From Cenococcum geophilum (taxonomy: Eukaryota): 64,000 bases of DNA. Below, piece by piece: positions 61,044-64,000 of this stretch. The first letter of the stretch is position 1; the number at the start of each line of letters is the position of its first letter. The position numbers and the translations under genes are program-made. The stretch is taken from the NCBI GenBank assembly GCA_050273025.1, contig CP158635.1, positions 27,776,001-27,840,000 of the forward strand, in the 5' to 3' direction. Under the pieces are notes generated by a model. The model was not told where the DNA came from and made no database searches. It was given only the letters and a program-made list of their open reading frames with translations.

Positions 61044-64000
61044 TGTTCGTACTAACTTAATAGCACGAGTGAGTCGTATCCCGGGGCACGAAATACGTTT
61101 AGTATCGTATGCTCTTTGGGATAGTAGTAACTGTCGATTATATAAAGCAGACTACGTGGTCTATATACTAATGCGTCCTCCCCCTAATTAGTTAGTGCTT
61201 TATAAGTGCACCAGACGCGTAAGCAAGTGGTTGGTGCACCGAACGCGTAGGCACGCGGTTGGTACGATAGGTGCTGTAATTATACACTAGCGGTACTTAA
61301 AAAATAAAACCACTTATATACAGCCTCCGTAATTGCTTTAATAGAACCATAAAACACAAAAGAAAATACATAGGAAATCTCCCCTAAGGTGCCGTCTAGG
61401 CTGCCTTCTAAACGGTGCCCTAAGCTAGCCGTAAGTTCTACTTATGGTCCGTAGAATAAACTATACGGCCTTTTAACGGGCAGTAGACAAGCCATAAGTC
61501 GGATCGTAAGGGCCGCTAAGGCGCTAGTGCTAAGCGAGCTAATGGCGATTTTCTATCCCGGGGATAGAAAATCGTAATTGGTTAATTCAACTACCCTATA
61601 AAATTTGGCGGGTTATATAAGTCCACCAAGTTCCACCGTAGCTTTTCACTATTTTCCACCTGTACCGTATAACGAGCCATACGGCCTTTTAACGGGCCGT
61701 AGACGTACCGTAGGTGCTCCATTAGTCCCGTTCTACCCATTCTATAACTTTTAGGTTAAGCTTATTTGTGTTAATTAGGGTTTTAAGAGCTTAATACGGC
61801 TTTGCCTTAGTTATAGCGTTTACTAGGTTGTCTCCACTGCTAATCTATTTAACCTCCATAATCTCGCGCCGTTTATAGGCCTAATGTAAGCATATAAGGT
61901 CGACCATAAGCCTCTTCTTTTATGTTATACCTAGTTTAACTAGGTAGTTATAAAGGGACTTTAAATCGGTGTATAGAACTAGGGGTAACTACTCTAGTTA
62001 TAGAATCTTCTGGACCGTTAATTTAATTGCGGCTGCTATATTAAAGCTATAGGCTAGTGTATATAGCTTAGAAGCTAGTACACTACGGGTTACTCATTTG
62101 TACTTAATTAAAGACTAATATAGTATATTTGCGTCCTAATTACGGTCCATAAGTACAATCACAAAGCCAATTTATAATAATAGGTCTTTGTTATTAGCAA
62201 AGGAGGTATCCGTAAATACCATTATACTAAGGGAATTTAGGTCCAGTGGTACAAAAGTAAGTCCTCTTATTACGTTGTCAATTTGCTATTAAATACGCTT
62301 ATTAAGCTGTTTAACATTTTCTTCTTACGGATTTACTACCTGGGCCGCAAAGGATAAGTCATAGGCAGATTTGGGTTGGCAGACTGTAGCTATATAGGCG
62401 CCTCTTGCACGCTATATAGCGTATTAGTCCTTTATATTTACGGTCTTACGGGTCTCTTTGCGGGAACTAGTAAGGTCCGTAGGCTTTACTATAACAGGCT
62501 TTAGGTTTTAGGCTTGGCGTTCCTAAGTCAGCTTAATTAGGTTGCCCTTTTATATAATTAGGCCTCTATTAAACTTAATCAGATTCTACTTAGTTAACTA
62601 CTCTTACGGCTTTGCCAAGAACTTAGACTTTTATAGTTTAGTTTCTTTAGCGTCCACAAAGGTCTAGTCTGCTAGGAATAGGGTATTATCTGTTTAGAGT
62701 CCAATAATACCAAGGCCGTTTAATAGGCTGTATAGGAGGTAGGGGTCGTAGGTCAACTATTCCATTTTAAGTTTACTAATATAGTGCTAGTAGTATATCT
62801 TAAACCAATAGTTTCTAGCTTCTAGTACTCCGTATAAAGGTTTTACGACCTATAGGATTATTCCTAGTTATAGGTTAAGCTTAGGGGGTGGCCATATAAA
62901 GATATCCCTACTTAGGTAGATATTAGACTACACATAGGCTTACAAGATATCCCGTAGGTAAAGAGCTACGGGTTTACTTTACTGTAGTCCGGGCGTAAGT
63001 ACAAGTATAATCCGTTGGCTGACTTATTAAATTATAGGCGATTGCGTAAGGACTAAGCCCTTCCCTTAGTCATTATAGGCTTGTACGACAAGCCTTAATT
63101 TTTTAAAAGCTTTATCAGTACCTGGGTGCTTAATTTCGTTAATAAAGCATAAGTTAAATATACAGACGCCTTACGGAACGTCTTTCTCCGTTATAACCGC
63201 AAAGACGCCCTTTTTAAGTAGTCCGTTAATCTCTTTACGTCGTAAGTCTATAAAGGGGGTTTCCTATACTAGAACTAATATATCTATAGGCGGAGATTGC
63301 CTTGCGGATATTCCTACGGAGGTTAGGTAAGTCTTTATTATAGTATTCTTAGTTATAGGGTACTTTTAGGGGCGTCCTTAACCGCGCTTTACGGTAGGTA
63401 TAGTAGGTTTAGTGGGTTTTTAGAGGACTTCTAGGGTAGGTAAGGGTACTTCTAGCTTATTTAATTTGGCGGTCGCTTCTAGTTTATCTAGTTCGGCGGT
63501 TACCTCTAGTTTATCTAGCTTAGCAGTTGCTTCTAGTTCGTCTAGCTTAACATCATAGGTGTCTTCGGGCCGAAAGTAGGGTTTTATAAACGTGCTCCTA
63601 AAGTTAGTTAGGCTGCTAGGAAGTTATATATAGCACGTCTCGTTTCTACAGCCAGTAAACAATAGGGTCCGGTTTACTTGCCGCTTTTACACTATATAAG
63701 GACTTCAGAGTTAAGCGGGAGGTCGTGTACTAGGGTCGTATTAGGTCCGTTACGGTGGTATAGGGCGTTATTAATAGCTTATTTGGCCCGTAGCTTAACT
63801 ATCTCAGCCATCGCCTTCCGTATTGCAGCTGCTCGTTCCGTAATAGATAGGGCAGGAGGATCTAGGTTACTTATCCTTAGGTAGGCTCCGTAGACTAAGA
63901 GGGTAGGTACTAGTCTATCCGGGCTAGCAGTATTATTAACGGCTTTTACGGCCATCTATAGAGCCAGTTCCTTTTAGATGTCCTTATACTCGTCCATAAT
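61044..64000 (-). mobile_element. Ty1/Copia element N, 3' part (IN end, RT, RNase H, 3' UTR, LTR); continues beyond the right edge
   Basis: Minus-strand AVKAVN(D)TA(G)PD(G)LVPTLLVYGAY ~63880-63955, KPLYGV.EA ~62820-62845, (Q)TD(D) ~62685-62695, RNase H VFTDTSFAN(N)KD ~62185-62220. PPT seen as tcctccccc ~61176-61184; probable LTR ~61044-61173. Confidence 0.88.

Noticed and set aside
1..64000. Starship, Helitron, host effector gene or a named species/TE family
   Set aside because: No tyrosine recombinase, Rep/helicase or intact secreted-protein ORF was recognised. Species and family names cannot be assigned without a database search.

Overview
This window is a gene-free, AT-rich block of nested transposon relics from a filamentous ascomycete. 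TpA is in strong excess, CpA/TpG are depleted, and paired repeats differ mostly by C>T/G>A changes, the signature of repeat-induced point mutation (RIP). No intact host gene, RNA gene or CRISPR array is supported. Almost all of it resolves into elements with readable ends and target-site duplications (TSDs), labelled here by letter. There are eight Ty3/Gypsy copies in five families (A'/A, B, C/E/H, F, G) and four Ty1/Copia copies (K, L, M, N). There are also four solo LTRs, three short non-autonomous DNA transposons and one non-LTR retroposon (D). Nesting reaches five levels (K<B<C<E<solo LTR). The strongest oddity is Copia L (44860-49415), which integrated with newly made 102-bp LTRs whose first 43 bp come from its own reverse-transcriptase coding sequence, behind a cryptic polypurine tract. 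Other highlights: an antisense six-Cys plus coiled-coil gene relic and about 2 kb of extra Cys/His-rich coding sequence in family C/E/H; a ~50-bp hairpin module shared in the 3' UTRs of three Gypsy families; a 10-bp periodic motif shared by unrelated elements; and self-priming and -1 frameshift signals. All alignments and translations were done by eye, no database was searched, and novelty is unverified.
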